Positions 38,916-52,509 of a stretch of DNA of 64,000 nucleotides are shown here, one piece after another. This DNA is from Octopus sinensis. Its lineage: Eukaryota. The number at the start of each line of letters is the position of its first letter. Within the stretch, counting starts at the first letter, position 1. The position numbers and the translations under genes are program-made. Where the stretch lies: positions 135,966,001 to 136,030,000 of the forward strand of contig NC_043000.1 of assembly GCF_006345805.1 (NCBI RefSeq). The letters are read 5' to 3'. The notes below the pieces were generated by a model. That model was not told where the DNA came from. It made no database searches and was given only the letters and a program-made list of their open reading frames with translations.

Positions 38916-40989
38916 TTATTTTATGTGAAGTGTATTTTAATGTTAACGTGGGCACAGAATTATATAACTCTAACGTATTCACTGGAATATTCTGTTTTGT
39001 ATAATTTAGTTAGGTTGTGACGTACTGGATAATGCACATAAAATTTCTCAATGAATTTTCACCTGGATGGATAAAAGATACAAAAATCTAGTGGTAATTT
39101 TTGATGACTCTTGACGAAAAGCGGCAAAGTTTTAATGAATTAAGAATTATTCTCACGGAAACCGTATTTTTAGACTGAGTGAGAACATCTGATATTTGTT
39201 ACCAGGCAAGGTAACAGCTAAAGTGATGACTAAACTACTTAATGTAGCGAGGTGAAAATAACTTTTTATCGATTAAAATTATATCCCTAATTACAAGTAA
39301 AAGAGAATACTCTTGATGAAAAATTTATTTCAACAGGTGCAAAGGGAGATCGCTGACATTTTAATTGGCAAAAAATAAAATGGAAATATGCAACTGCTCT
39401 GATCTTTGGCAGCTGTGGTAGCAAGTCTAGGCATGTTTATACTTTAATAGATTACATCAGGAAAGCAGAATCAGCACATAGTTACTAAACCACAGGATGA
39501 CTTGAAGAGGATAGACTGTTCGTGTGAAAATAATTTACTGATTATGCAATTTAAAATAATGACACTGAAAAATTTCCTAAAGATGCCTTCTGCATGAAAA
39601 ACATATAGTTAAGTTTGAGCTGAAAAATGCTCAATCAAATAGAATGTAAGAGCCATAAAGTAAAAAAAATCATAACCGCTAATGAAAATTCATCTCAAAA
39701 TAAATGTTTTGGTGGCTTGAAAACATGTACGTATTGGACACAGACATAGCTATATGGTTCTTTTCAGTCACTATGCTTCGTATTCTGTCTCACAGCATGG
39801 CTTCTAATATTTCCCCGAGTGGATTTGGTTGACGGAGACGTTGTATGCGTATGTACATCTCCGTGTTTGCGTTCACTTCATTACAAGCAATGTTGGCTTA
39901 CTTACGTCACTGCAACTAAGTACTTCAAGAAAATGAAACCGATCGAATAAGTACTAGTCTTAAAATAAGATCTGGTAGTGGTTCGATCATCTAAACCCTT
40001 CAAGATGATGGACACAGCATGGACACAGGCCAGTAACTAAAACCAGAAAAGTTATAAAAGGAACGTATTAAGAATAACTAAGCAAGTCGATATTTCGATT
40101 CTCGCTGTTCATCGTGTATATGACAATTTATTACTTGTTGGGAAACATCATCACAGATCAGCGAATAATCTGTTCGCTGAAGTTATGAACAAGATCATCG
40201 ACTCTTGTTAGATTCATTTGTCCGAGGGTGCTTCTGACAACAATGTCAAAACGCCAGTGTCTTCAGTTGCGCCAGTAAATCAAAAATGAAGTTTTCTTTT
40301 ACTTTCTATTTCCTTCCTAAAATAACTATAAATTGCCTCGCTATCTATCCACCTTTGGACACAGTTATCTGTAACTTGATACAAAAAAGTATTCCCTGAG
40401 GATCCGTTGTGGTTTAGCATCTATATGCATATGGAACTTCTATCAGGGTTTGAAACAACCATAATAACGAAACGTGCGTAGCTACTTTAATATAAACTTG
40501 TAGTTATCCTTAGTTTCCCTACATTTGCTCTGAAGCTCATATCTTGTAATACTATTCAATGAAGTAGTTAATTAACAAAAAGCAGACTGGATTATGAAAA
40601 TCTACGTGGAGCTCTAAACATAAGAGTAGCAGATGTACATTTGTACACATTATTTCTACTTAAATATATTCATACAAATGTATCAATATATCTGTATGTA
40701 TTAATGTACATTAATATATATAATATGACACGTGACTGCATTTTTGGAGATGTGGGCATGAGTACCATGTAATGTAAGGGATTTCCACAGGTTTTGAATG
40801 TGTAAAGTCCATCAAATAGCAAGTTTATCAAACATTTGCCAATCGTGTAAATGTCTTGTACATGCATTATGTGTATGTAATAAATATCTGTGGAATTTAG
40901 ATTTCTAGCATGAATTACTGGTAGCAAATATGTATTATGTATATTGTGTATATAATCGATTTTAACATTTATAACAAAGTCATTCTGGT

Positions 40990-41260
40990 TGGAAAGGTAA
41001 GGCAGACGAAGGGTCATACTTGAAATTTCGTAGTTTAAATTGTTGTTTGTGCATACAAGGGGAGACGATTTCATCCTTAATGTTCAACACGTTCGCTGTT
41101 CATGTTATGATGTTCAATATTTCTATGATACAGAGGTTGCATCTGCTGTCTCGTTTCTTATATTTGCTGGACTTATCAGTGATGCTCTATTATCTTTGAG
41201 AGTTTTAGGTTCCTAACTTAAAGCTTCCATACCTTAAACAAAGATGTCGAGCGTGGCGTT
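40990..41260 (-). pseudogene. Penelope-like EN C-terminal remnant
   Basis: Minus: SRCNLCIIEILNIIT*TANVLNIKDEIVSPCMHKQQFKLRNF, matching RCNLCL.EK..I...LN.R.E..S.C.H..KF.L. Confidence 0.8.
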
Positions 41261-41904
41261 ATCGAGGTGTAACTGGGAAGACTAAGATAGTGGCAATGAA
41301 GAATCTAGGTTGATAATTAAGGTACGAAGTGAGTAGAAGTGAAAATGTGATAGAAGAACCGGGCATGTGGACGGTTATAAGTTGCAAGAATGTATGGAAG
41401 TGTGAGGGTGAGGGGTTGCATATGATAAATGAAGAACAAGTGTTGAGGGACAGATGTAGTGAATGGTAGATAAAAGGTGGTAAGTGACCAACGTTGCCTG
41501 GGGTTGAAGAATAGTAATGACAATACAGCTGACAGGAAAATGATAAGAGGGAGAGAGGGTAAATGTGGTTGGGAAGTTGGCCAACATGTGTGTTGGGGAG
41601 AGGCAGGCATAAAGAGAGTGACAGATGCATGGTTGGGGAGGTGGAGAGATAGTTTTGTGTACCAGGACTGATATAATCAATATAAAATGTGGGTCGAGAG
41701 GACAGTTTAAGGAGGAAGTGTGGATATCAGATGAAATAATTTGAGACAGTAAGAAAGATGTGCAGCATTAAGGAAAAGCTGCGGTTAAAGAGATGAAGGG
41801 TGGTGGTGAAGTCCTGCAGAGGAAATTGGGCGGAGAGTTCAGTTGTGCGTAAATATATGTATATGTCCATGTGTATCTATGTACATGTATGTATGTGTGT
41901 GTAT

Positions 41905-42110
41905 AAATGTGACCGCGTGTGTACCGTTGGCGATTTTTTTTCCTCTGTCTTCCCTTCTCTGGATCTTTCCTTCTCCTATGTTTCCGACGAAGATCTCCGC
42001 TCGAAACGTTAAACCCTCCTTATTTCCTTCTTTCCTGAGCGTCCAATAATACTATATTTGTTCCACGTCCTCGCGTTGTTGTCTTTTTTTTTGTGCTTTC
42101 TTGTTTGGAT

Positions 42111-42116
<6 letters not shown>
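41905..42116 (+). mobile_element. Family P repeat with HHR-like motif (41980-42014)
   Basis: gttt-CCGACGAA-gatc tcc gctc-GAAA-cgt-t/aaac; ends GGATTAAC(TA)n. Partial sister with (TTC)n expansion at 42320-42480. Confidence 0.78.
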
Positions 42117-42172
<56 letters not shown>

Positions 42173-42795
42173 TATCTATGTATAAGGGTGGAAAGGAACA
42201 CTGAGTTGATATATAGAAAAACAAGTCAAAAAATAGAAAATGCTAAGATAATTTTATAGTAATCTTTCAGTACTGGTTTCGGTCATTTTGAGACCTTATA
42301 TATATATACTTCAGCAACGCAACTACACGCGTGCCATTGGCGATTTCTTCTTCTTCTTCTTCTTCTTCTTCTTTTTCTTCTTCTTCTTCTTCTTCTTTTT
42401 CTTCTTCTTCTTCTTCTTCTTGGACTTTTCCCTTTCTCCTTGCCGACGAAGAGCTATGCTCAACACATTAAACTCTCTCCTTTCACCAGTATGATCGCAG
42501 CTCATGGCTGAAATGAATAAAAGAATAAATGAGTAAAAGAATATATATTTTCTGTTATTCTTTTACTTATTTCAGTCATTTGACAGTGGTGAAGCTGGAG
42601 TGTCACCTTGATCATTTTTTTAAAGCCTAGTACTTATTCTATTGGTCTCTTTGCCAATCCACTAAGTTATAAGTACATAAACACACCAATACCAGTTGAC
42701 AAATAGTAATGGGAAGACAAATACAGACACACAAACATATACACACGCATGCATACATACACACACACACATACAGATGTATATATATATATGTA

Positions 42796-42827
<32 letters not shown>

Positions 42828-42906
42828 GTCGTGATGCATATTTGCCATTTGAATATGGCTAACCCATAAGGGTGGATGCTACTGTAGTTTGTAGCCCAGA
42901 TTTATC

Positions 42907-42954
<48 letters not shown>

Positions 42955-42957
42955 ATG

Positions 42958-43060
<103 letters not shown>

Positions 43061-43267
43061 GTAGCGCTGAGTATGGCTGTGTGGTTAGGGAGCTTGTTTC
43101 CTAGCTACATGGTTTCGGTTCAGTCCACTGCGTGGCACTTTGGGTAGGTGTCTTCCACTATAGCCCCAAGCCGACCGGAGCTTTGTGATTGAATTCGTAG
43201 GTGGAAGTTACTGCCGTGTGTGTATGTGTGCGTATAGCTGCTCAGTGCTTCTCTGAAAGAGAGAGGG

Positions 43268-43311
<44 letters not shown>

Positions 43312-43463
43312 TATATACAACGACCTTGAACCCACAAGAGTAACCAGAGAGACAGAGACAGGCAGAACACGGAAATGCCGCTTATATTTGAACACTATAC
43401 AAATATTCTTTTAAAAAAACTTTTCTTTTAATTTTCCCAAAATTTTATTGTTTTCCATACTTA

Positions 43464-43499
43464 CAGTTGAAAAAGTCTCAATGACTGAAACCGGTACTG
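43464..43499 (+). ncRNA. Type I hammerhead ribozyme candidate with U3-A8 core
   Basis: cag-TTGAAAA-agtc tcaat gact-GAAA-ccgg-TA/ctg; all three stems pair and stem III is the ACCGGT palindrome. Confidence 0.65.
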
Positions 43500-43959
43500 A
43501 AATGTTTTTTATAAAATTATTTTAGCATTTTCAATCTTGACTTTTTTCCATATATATATATATATATATGTGATGGGCTTCTTTCAGTTTCCATCTACCA
43601 AATCCATTCACAAGGGTTTGGTTGGCCTGTGGCTATAGTAGAAAACACTTGCCCAAGTTGCCATGCTGAAGGACTGAACCCAAAACCATGTGGTTGGGAA
43701 ACAAGCTTCTTACCACACAGTCATGCATGTGTGTGTATGCATGTGAGAGAGACAATGTGTGTGTGTGTATTTATTATATAGATTTATATTTGTGCGGATG
43801 TATATGTGCATACATATATCTGTCTATCTGTCTATCTGTCTATCTATCTCTCTCTATATATCTGTGTGTGTATATTTACGTATTATGCATGTATATATAT
43901 ATATGTATGCATGTGCAAACAGTTCTATGCAATGGCATGAAATGTACCAAATAACAAGT

Positions 43960-44025
43960 TTACTCAATACTTTATCATATTTAACATAAAATGCATACAC
44001 ACATTATATATATACATATACATAC

Positions 44026-44056
<31 letters not shown>

Positions 44057-44189
44057 GGTGTGTGTGTGTGTGTGTATGTGTGTGTGTATATGTCTATATA
44101 TATGTATATATATGTTACAAAATAATACATATATATGGGCAATATAATGTGTGTGTGTGGTACATTATAATGTGTATAATATATATATG

Positions 44190-44228
<39 letters not shown>

Positions 44229-44895
44229 TATTATATAAATATATATAATATATATGTGTATATATGTATGTAAGTAAATTTATATATATATATGCATGTG
44301 TATAAAGGTATATGCATGTATTTGTCTATATATATTTGTATATTTGCGCACGTGTGTGTGTATGAGTGAGAGAAAGAGAGAGAGAGAGAGAAAATGCCTA
44401 CGCCCATCCCCCCCCCACACACACACACACACACGCACGTACATTTATAAGTAAACAAGTATGAAAGCTGCAGTATACACCAAAAATGCATGGTTGAGAG
44501 AACATTGGTGTTGCATTAAAATAAGTGCATAATTGAAATTGTGACACCAACCATTTCTAATTGAAGAATACCATTCTATATAACCTGCATTCAATAGAAG
44601 TTACGCAATAAAAATATCAATCGGTGAAAAGCTGCACAGCAGCAGTTTTTTCCTGTACATTGATGTTTGGCCCCATATTTTTATGTGTGTTTGCAAAAGT
44701 ACGCATGTTTAGATATGTATGGAAATATATTATATTTACAAGAATAGGTATGTGTGTGTGTGTGTGTGTGTATATACTCATAAATCCTATACGTGAATAT
44801 GTGCACAATTGTATGATTATGCTGAGATAAATATCAATTGTGTACTTACATATATGTGTAGTGGGGTGGATGCACGTTTGTGTATGTATATGTAT

Positions 44896-44937
<42 letters not shown>

Positions 44938-45170
44938 GTATATATATATAAATATATATATTATAATATATATATATATATAATATATATATATATATAT
45001 GTGTGTATGAATGTATATATAATATATATATATATAAATGTATTTATATCTACATTCATAATATGTATATTATATATATATAGAAGTGCATACAGGCACA
45101 TATATAAATATATATAATATATATATATATATATCTAGATATATATAATATATATATATGCATTTTAATA
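43960..45170. repeat. Microsatellite-rich tract (TA, TG, GA)
   Basis: Seen directly in sequence. Confidence 0.9.
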
Positions 45171-46048
45171 TTTTTTCTATTTGATTATATACACACTCCT
45201 TTACACTTCAATATACATTCTCCTTAATGGAGAGGTGGGTGAATGTGGAGCCAAGAGAAAAACAATAAGAATATGGGCAAAGCAAAAACACTATATTCTC
45301 ACTAAGTACACATACGGCCATATTTATAGGCAACATGAACACAAAAACATAAACAATCACATGGACACACACGCATACACTGTTACTTATGAATGCATTC
45401 AACATGCAGAGGGAGAGAGAGAGATGTTTATATATAAATTTACACGGGCTACTGTATACTTTGACTGCAACATTTTCTTTTGATTCGTTCCTTTGATGAT
45501 CAAGCTATAGCAACAGTTTTATATGTTTAACGCACATTTTTATCCTTGGCAGGCAGATGATTTTGTATGCAATTTACCGACATGTATAACTATAACTCTT
45601 CACTGTGTAATCTCTTCATATGTCTTATTATATTTTCATCCCTCAACATTGCCACAGTGTGTTACCATATGCTGGAACTCATCCCAGGTTTTCTAAGACT
45701 GAAGTGGTTAAAGTAGATGTATTTCCTAGTAAAGGATGCTGGTATATTACAGATAGGTTAACCCAGATATGTGATTAAGAAGTTTGCTTCACAAATTATA
45801 CAGTTCTGAGTCTGTTTTCCCTGTCTGACACCTAAGCTAAGTGTCTTCTACCATAGACTTATGTCAATCAAAGTTTTGCATATGCAGTTTAGTAGACAGA
45901 AACTGGAGTAGCTCATATGGTACAAGCAGTTTTCTTTGCTGCAGTTTTCTTTGTCAGATAAATCATCCATTCATTTTGTGCCTTCAAAGATGTATGGAAT
46001 AAGCGATCTTTTACATCAAACTCAAGCATGGTTTAGTGACTGGAAAGG

Positions 46049-46217
46049 CATCATCATTATCACTGTTTAACGTCTGCTTTCCATGCTGGCATGGGTTGGA
46101 CGGTTTGCCTGAGGACTGGCAAGCCAGGAGGCTGCATCAGGCTCCAATCTGATCTGGCAAGTTTTCTACAGCTGGATGTCCTTCTTAACACCAATCACTC
46201 TGAGAGTGTAGTGGAGG
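46049..46217 (-). mobile_element. RTE LINE 3' terminus (GAT-type tail)
   Basis: Reverse-complement homology to 56700-56882 and direct homology to 57716-57900. Confidence 0.8.
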
Positions 46218-48565
46218 CTTTTTACGTGCCACTGACATCGGGGCCAGTGAGGTGGCACTGACAACGACCATGCTCGAATGGTGCTTTTTATGTGCCACTG
46301 GCGTGGGGACCAGTGAGGTGGCACTGACAACGACCATGCTCGAATGGTGCTTTTTATGTGCCACTGGCGTGGGGGCCAGTGAGGTGGCACTGACATCGAC
46401 CATGCTCGAATGGTGCTTTTTAAGTGCCACCGGCATGGGAGCCAGACAAGCGGCAATGGCATCGATCATGCTCGAATGGTGCTTTTTAAGTGCCACCGGC
46501 ATGGGAGCCAGACAAGCGGCAATGGCATCGATCATGCTCGAATGGTGCTTTTTAAGTGCCACCGGCATGGGAGCCAAACAAGCGGCAATGGCATCGATCA
46601 TGCTCAAATGTGCTTTTTAAGTTCCACCGGCATGGGAGCCAGACAAGCTGCAATGGCATCGATCATGCTCGAATGGTGCTTTTTAAGGTGCCACCAGCAT
46701 GGGAGCCAAACAGCGGCAATGGCATCGATCATGCTCGAATGGTTCTTTTTAAGTGCCCACCGGCATGGGGCCAGACAAGCGGCAATGGCCATCGATCATG
46801 CTCGAATGGTGCTTTTTAAGTGCCACCAGCATGGGAGCCAAACAAGCGGCAATGGCATCGATCATGGTTCGAATGGTGCTTTTTAAGTGCCACCGGCATG
46901 GGAGCCAGACAAGCGGCAATGGCATCGATCATGCTCAAATGGTGCTTTTTAAGTGCACCGGCATGGAGCCAGACAAGCGGCAATGGCATCGATCATGCTC
47001 AAATGGGCTTTTTAAGTGCCACCGGCATGGGAGCCAGACAAGCGGCAATGGCATTGATCATGCTCGAATGGTTGCTTTTTTAGTGCCACCAGCATGGGAG
47101 CCAAACAAGCGGGCAATGGCATCGATCATGCTCGAATGGTGCTTTTAAGTGCCACGGCATGGGAGCCAGACAAGCGGCAATGGCATCGATCATGCTCGAA
47201 TGGTGCTTTTTAAGTGCCACCGGCATGGAGCCAAACAAGCGGCAATGCAAATCGATCATGCTCGAAATGGTTGCTTTTTAAGTGCCACTGGCATGGGAGC
47301 CAGACAAGCGGGAAATGCATCGATCATGCTCGAATGGTGCTTTTTAAGTGCCACCGGCATGGGAGCCAAAAAGCGGCAATGGCATCGATCATGCTCGAAT
47401 GGTGCTTTTTAAGTGCCACCGGCATGGGAGCCAAACAAGCGGCAATGGCATCGATCATGCTCGAATGGTGCTTTTTAAGTGCCACCGGCATGGGAGCCAG
47501 ACAAGCGGCAATGGCATCGATCATGCTCAAATGGTGCTTTTTAAGTGCCACCGGCATGGGAGCCAAACAAGCGGCAATGGCATCGATCATGCTCGAATGG
47601 TGCTTTTTAAGTGCCACCGGCATGGGAGCCAGACAAGCGGCAATGGCATCGATCATGCTCGAATGGTGCTTTTTAAGTGCCACTGGCATGGGAGCCAGAC
47701 AAGCGGCAATGGCATCGATCATGCTCGAATGGTGCTTTTTAAGTGCCACCGGCATGGGAGCCAAACAAGCGGCAATGGCATCGATCATGCTCGAATGGTG
47801 CTTTTTAAGTGCCACCGGCATGGGAGCCAAACAAGCGGCAATGGCATCGATCAGCTCGAATGGTGCTTTTTTAAGTGCCACCGGCATGGGAGCCAGACAG
47901 CGGCAATGGCATCGATCATGCTCAAATGGTGCTTTTTAAGTGCCACCGGCATGGGAGCCAAACAAGCGGCAATGGCATCGATCATGCTCAAATGGTGCTT
48001 TTTAAGTGCCACCGGCATGGGGAGCCAGACAAGCGGCATGGCATCGATCATGCTCGAATGGTGCTTTTAAGTGCCACCGGCATGGGAGCCAAGACAGCGG
48101 CAATGGCATCGATCATGCTCGAATGGTGCTTTTTAAGTGCCACCAGCATGGGAGCCAGACAAGCGGCAATGGCATCGATCATGCTCGAATGGTGCTTTTT
48201 AAGTGCCACTTGCATGGGAGCCAGACAAGCGGCAATGGCATCGATCATGCTCGAATGGTGCTTTTTAAGTGCCACGGCATGGGAGCCAGACAAGCGGCAA
48301 TGGCATCGATCATGCTCGAATGGTGCTTTTTAAGTGCCACCGGCATGGGAGCCAGACAAGCGGCAATGGCATCGATCATGCTCGAATGGTGCTTTTTAAG
48401 TGCCACCGGCATGGGAGCCAGACAAGCGGCAATGGCATCGATCATGCTCGAATGGTGCTTTTTAAGTGCCACCAGCATGGGAGCCAAACAAGCGGCAATG
48501 GCATCGATCATGCTCGAATGGTGCTTTATACATGCCACCGGCATGGGTGCCAGTCAGGTACCACT
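46218..48565. repeat. 66-bp minisatellite, about 35 copies, derived from the RTE 3'UTR
   Basis: Unit ATGGCATCGATCATGCTCGAATGGTGCTTTTTAAGTGCCACCGGCATGGGAGCCAGACAAGCGGCA; 22-aa periodicity in the ORF track. Confidence 0.95.
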
Positions 48566-48799
48566 GGCATTGGCCAAGGCATTCTGGCTGAAAATAAAAG
48601 CTTTAAAATATATTCATCTAAACCAGGCTAGAGAGGAAAAAACAGATATAACACTGGATTTGCTTTGCAGCTACATGCTTTCGGATTTAGTCCCACTGCA
48701 CTTCATCTTATGTAAGTAATTCTACTCTGGCCTATGAGCTAACCATTGCCTTGTAAGCGAATTTGGTAGAGGGGAACTTTGTGGAAGCCTGACATACAT

Positions 48800-49200
48800 A
48801 TATTATAAGTGTGTGTATTCGTATATATGTGTGTGTGCGTGTGCATGTGTATGTGCATGTGTAGAAATGTATATATGTGTGTGTGTCTGTGAGTGTGTAT
48901 GTGTGTATGTATGAATGTGCATATGTATATGTGTGTGCATATGTATGTGCATGTGTATATATGTATATGTGTGTGCATGCATGTGTGTATGTATGTATGT
49001 GCATACATATGTGCATGCGTATATATATGTGTGTATATATATATATGTATATATATATATGTATATATACATATATATGTGTGTGTGTATATATATATGT
49101 ATATATATGTGTGTGTATGTGTGTATGTATGTGTGTGTATATGTATGTGTGTGTGTGTATGTGTGTGTGTGTTTATGTACATATGTGTGTCTTTGTGTCT
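48800..49200. repeat. (TG)n/(TA)n compound microsatellite inside a family A SINE
   Basis: SINE A body at 48725-48800 and 3' part at 49190-49330 flank the tract. Confidence 0.8.
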
Positions 49201-49739
49201 GTTTATCCTTCACCACCCTTGACAACCAGTATCAGTTTGTTTATCTCCCCATAACGTAGGGGTTCAGCAAAAAAGACTGATATAATAAGTACCAGACTTT
49301 AAAAATAGACAAGTACTGAGGGTGGTTTGTTCCACTAAACCCTGCAAGGCAGTTCCCTAACATGGCTGCTGTCCAATGAAATCTTAATACTTTGACCTGA
49401 CAGAATTGTTAGCAGAATAAGTACAAGGCTTCCAAAGAATAAGTCCTGGGGTCGATTTGCTCGACTAAAAGTGGTGCTCCAGCATGGCTACAGTCAAATG
49501 ACTCAAAAAAGGAAAAGAGTAAAGAGTATACCAGGAAGGATGTTTAGTGGCATTTCATCCATTTTCATGTTCTGAGTTCAAATTCCCCCGAGGTCAACTT
49601 TGCCTTTCATCATTCTGAGGTCACTAAAATAAGTACTAGTTGATTAAAAGAGTCGATGTAATTGCCTTACTATTGCCCCACAAATTTCAGGCCTTGTGTG
49701 TGTGTTGTGTGTGTGTGTGTGTATGTGCATGTGTAGATA

Positions 49740-50133
49740 CTCTTTTACTCTTTTAGTTGTTTCAGTCATTTGACTGCGGCCATGCTGGAGCACCACCTTT
49801 AATCGAGCAACTCGACCCGGGACTTATTCTTTGTAAGCCCAGTACTTATTCTATCGGTCTCTTTTGCCAAACTGCTAAGTGATGGGGACGTAAACATACC
49901 AGCATCGGTTGTCAAGCAATGCTAGGGGGACAAACACACACACACACACATATATTTATACATATATATACATATATACGACAGGCTTCTTTCAGTTTCC
50001 GTCTACCAAATCACTCACAAGGCTTTGGTCGGCCCGGGGCTATAGCAGAAGACACTTGCCCAAGATGCCACGCAGTGGGACTGAACCCGGAACAATGTGG
50101 TTGGTTAGCAAGCTACTTACTACACAGCCACTC
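49740..50133 (-). mobile_element. SINE family A, full length
   Basis: Reverse complement of 1176-1585. Confidence 0.9.
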
Positions 50134-50154
50134 CTATATGTATATATATATCAA

Positions 50155-50355
50155 AATGTGACCGCGTGTGTATCGTTGGCGATTTGTTTCCTCCGTCTTC
50201 CCTTCCTTTGATCTTTCCTTGTCCTTGTTTTGATGAAGAGCTCTGCTCGAAACATGGAAATCCTCCTTTTTCTTTCCTTCCTGAGCGTCCAATAACACTA
50301 TACTTGTTCACATCTCGCATTGTTGTTGTTTTCTTTCTGTTTTCATGTTGGCCTC
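50155..50355 (+). mobile_element. Family P repeat (HHR core with 1-nt deletion)
   Basis: Homology to 41905-42116. Confidence 0.75.
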
Positions 50356-50683
50356 CTAATATATATATATTATATATATATATAGATATATATATATATC
50401 TATATATATATATATATTATTATGATTATATGTGAGAAAGTAAAAGGTTTAAAAATATATTTTGAGTCATTATGTCTGAAGGAATGTTATAAAATTTTTT
50501 TCATACAATGACATAATTTTTGAAGAAGAGAAATGACCGGTTTAAAACAAGCCTTCCGTAGCTTTTTCACTTTTTACTATTTTATATATATATATATATA
50601 TATATAACCAGGTGGTGCTATTAAGTTAGACATGGCCTGGGCCAATAATGGCCGAAACCTATCAAAGTATCAAAGTATCAAAG

Positions 50684-50718
<35 letters not shown>

Positions 50719-51124
50719 TTATGTAGGATTATTATTAGTGTTTAATCACAAACCCTCCCTGACTAAGAAGTGATGCAATCAGAGTTAATTCAGCAATGAC
50801 CATCTTCTTTTGTGAGTTTGTGTATGTTAAATACTTCATTATCTAATACATTTCTTCTTCAGCACACTTAGAAACAGCTTTATGAAAATTTGGTTGCTTT
50901 TTCTAGAAGATCAGCTTTTCCCTTGTTTTCTGGTATTGTCATGACAGAAGTAGTGTAAAGTGAATCAGCATAATTGCTTCTATTTCACTCAGTATTAAAG
51001 ATAACGAATAGTTTATGTAGAGTTGACTGTAAGGCCACAGACTTTACTTCATAACCATGCAGTTTCAATTATTCCGTTTTGGGATTTGGTTTGCAAGATT
51101 CTTTATATGAATTCGTGTGCTGAA

Positions 51125-51328
51125 GCATATTCTGTTGTGTCTGGGGAGAGTCATTTTCTTTTTGTGCCTTATAATGTAACACACTCACTAGTAAAATTTC
51201 CACTTATTCCTTATTATTTTTTATTTTTATTTTTAAAAATAAGAAATAAGTGGAAATTTTACCAGTGAGTGTGTTACATTATAAGGCACAAAAAGAAAAT
51301 GACTCTCCCCAGACACAACAGAACATGC
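51125..51328. repeat. ~90-bp-arm near-perfect hairpin
   Basis: 51125-51214 pairs with 51238-51328 with about 3 mismatches; arms are homologous to 22628-22715. Confidence 0.95.
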
Positions 51329-51905
51329 AGTTTCAAGTTTTACCTCAATGTGTTGCACCTTGGGTAAACATTTTCTATAGTTGCTACAGACTGGTCTAAG
51401 CCTTGTGAGCGGAATTGGCAGACAGAAACTGTATGAAATCCTTGCTTTCCTTACACACACACTTAATGATTACACACATACATACCAACACTCAAAAACC
51501 CTACTAACCAATACTTACATGCTTGCACACCACACATAAAAACACACAATGAAGCCATACACACACCACCCCTCATTTAGCCTATTTTAAAAGACAAATC
51601 TACTCTTATACCCATCCACCACTCTCTCTTCTTCTTTCATCCAATAGAACCATATTCCTAATTGACCCTTTAACATCGAGCCAATACTTTCTCTTCACTA
51701 CCACTTTTTCTCTTTTATTCTCCTCCTTTATTTTTCTTCTGTACCCTTCTTCTGTATATCAAGTACTAACATCTGAAATGGTAAGACTCCTGTTTCTTTT
51801 CAAGTTTTCAACTAATATAATATTTGTTAACATTTGTCTCTCCTGTATTAGCTTTTCTTTTTATGTTTGCTAACTGTTTAATTGTTTTTCACAAAATATA
51901 TACAG

Positions 51906-51952
<47 letters not shown>

Positions 51953-52014
51953 CACACACACATATATATATACATACACACAAATGTATATATATACACA
52001 CACACATATATAAC

Positions 52015-52132
52015 ATGGCCAGATAAGACCGGAGCCTGGTGCAGCCTTCTGGCTTCCAGATTCCCCGGTTGAACCGTCCAACCCATGCTAGCATGGAGAA
52101 CGGACGTTAAACGATGATGATGATGATGATGA
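52015..52132 (+). mobile_element. RTE LINE 3' terminus with (GAT)n tail
   Basis: ...CCAACCCATGCTAGCATGGAGAACGGACGTTAAAC(GAT)n. Confidence 0.8.
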
Positions 52133-52179
52133 TATATACACACACACATATATATATGTACGTTAAACGATGATGATGA

Positions 52180-52226
<47 letters not shown>

Positions 52227-52509
52227 ACATTATATTATATATGCAATATATATATATATATATTATATATATATATAATATATATATATATAATATATAT
52301 CTATATATATCATATAATATATATATACATATGTAATACATTTTGTGCATATATATATATATATATACACATGTATAATGTACTACACTTATATATGTGT
52401 ATATGATACATATAGATACACACACATGCATATACATATACATAATAGGTATGTATATCTGTATATGTGTATTGTATTATCCATCTTCTTCTTCTCTTCT
52501 TCTTCTTCT

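Noticed and set aside
42855-42900. HDV-like ribozyme in the GGCTAACCC...GGGTGGATGCTACTG motif (also at about 20705)
   Set aside because: I could not assign the nested double pseudoknot, and the two copies diverge right after the shared ~30 nt.
46218-48565. CRISPR-like array or repeat protein gene
   Set aside because: Units are uniform 66-mers with no unique spacers and no cas genes. The ORFs reflect 3n periodicity in several frames on both strands and derive from a LINE UTR.
50520-50660. Two possible HHR remnants (AAACCGGTC on minus; GGCC-aataat-GGCC-GAAAC on plus)
   Set aside because: The CUGANGA core is absent in both; too decayed to support.
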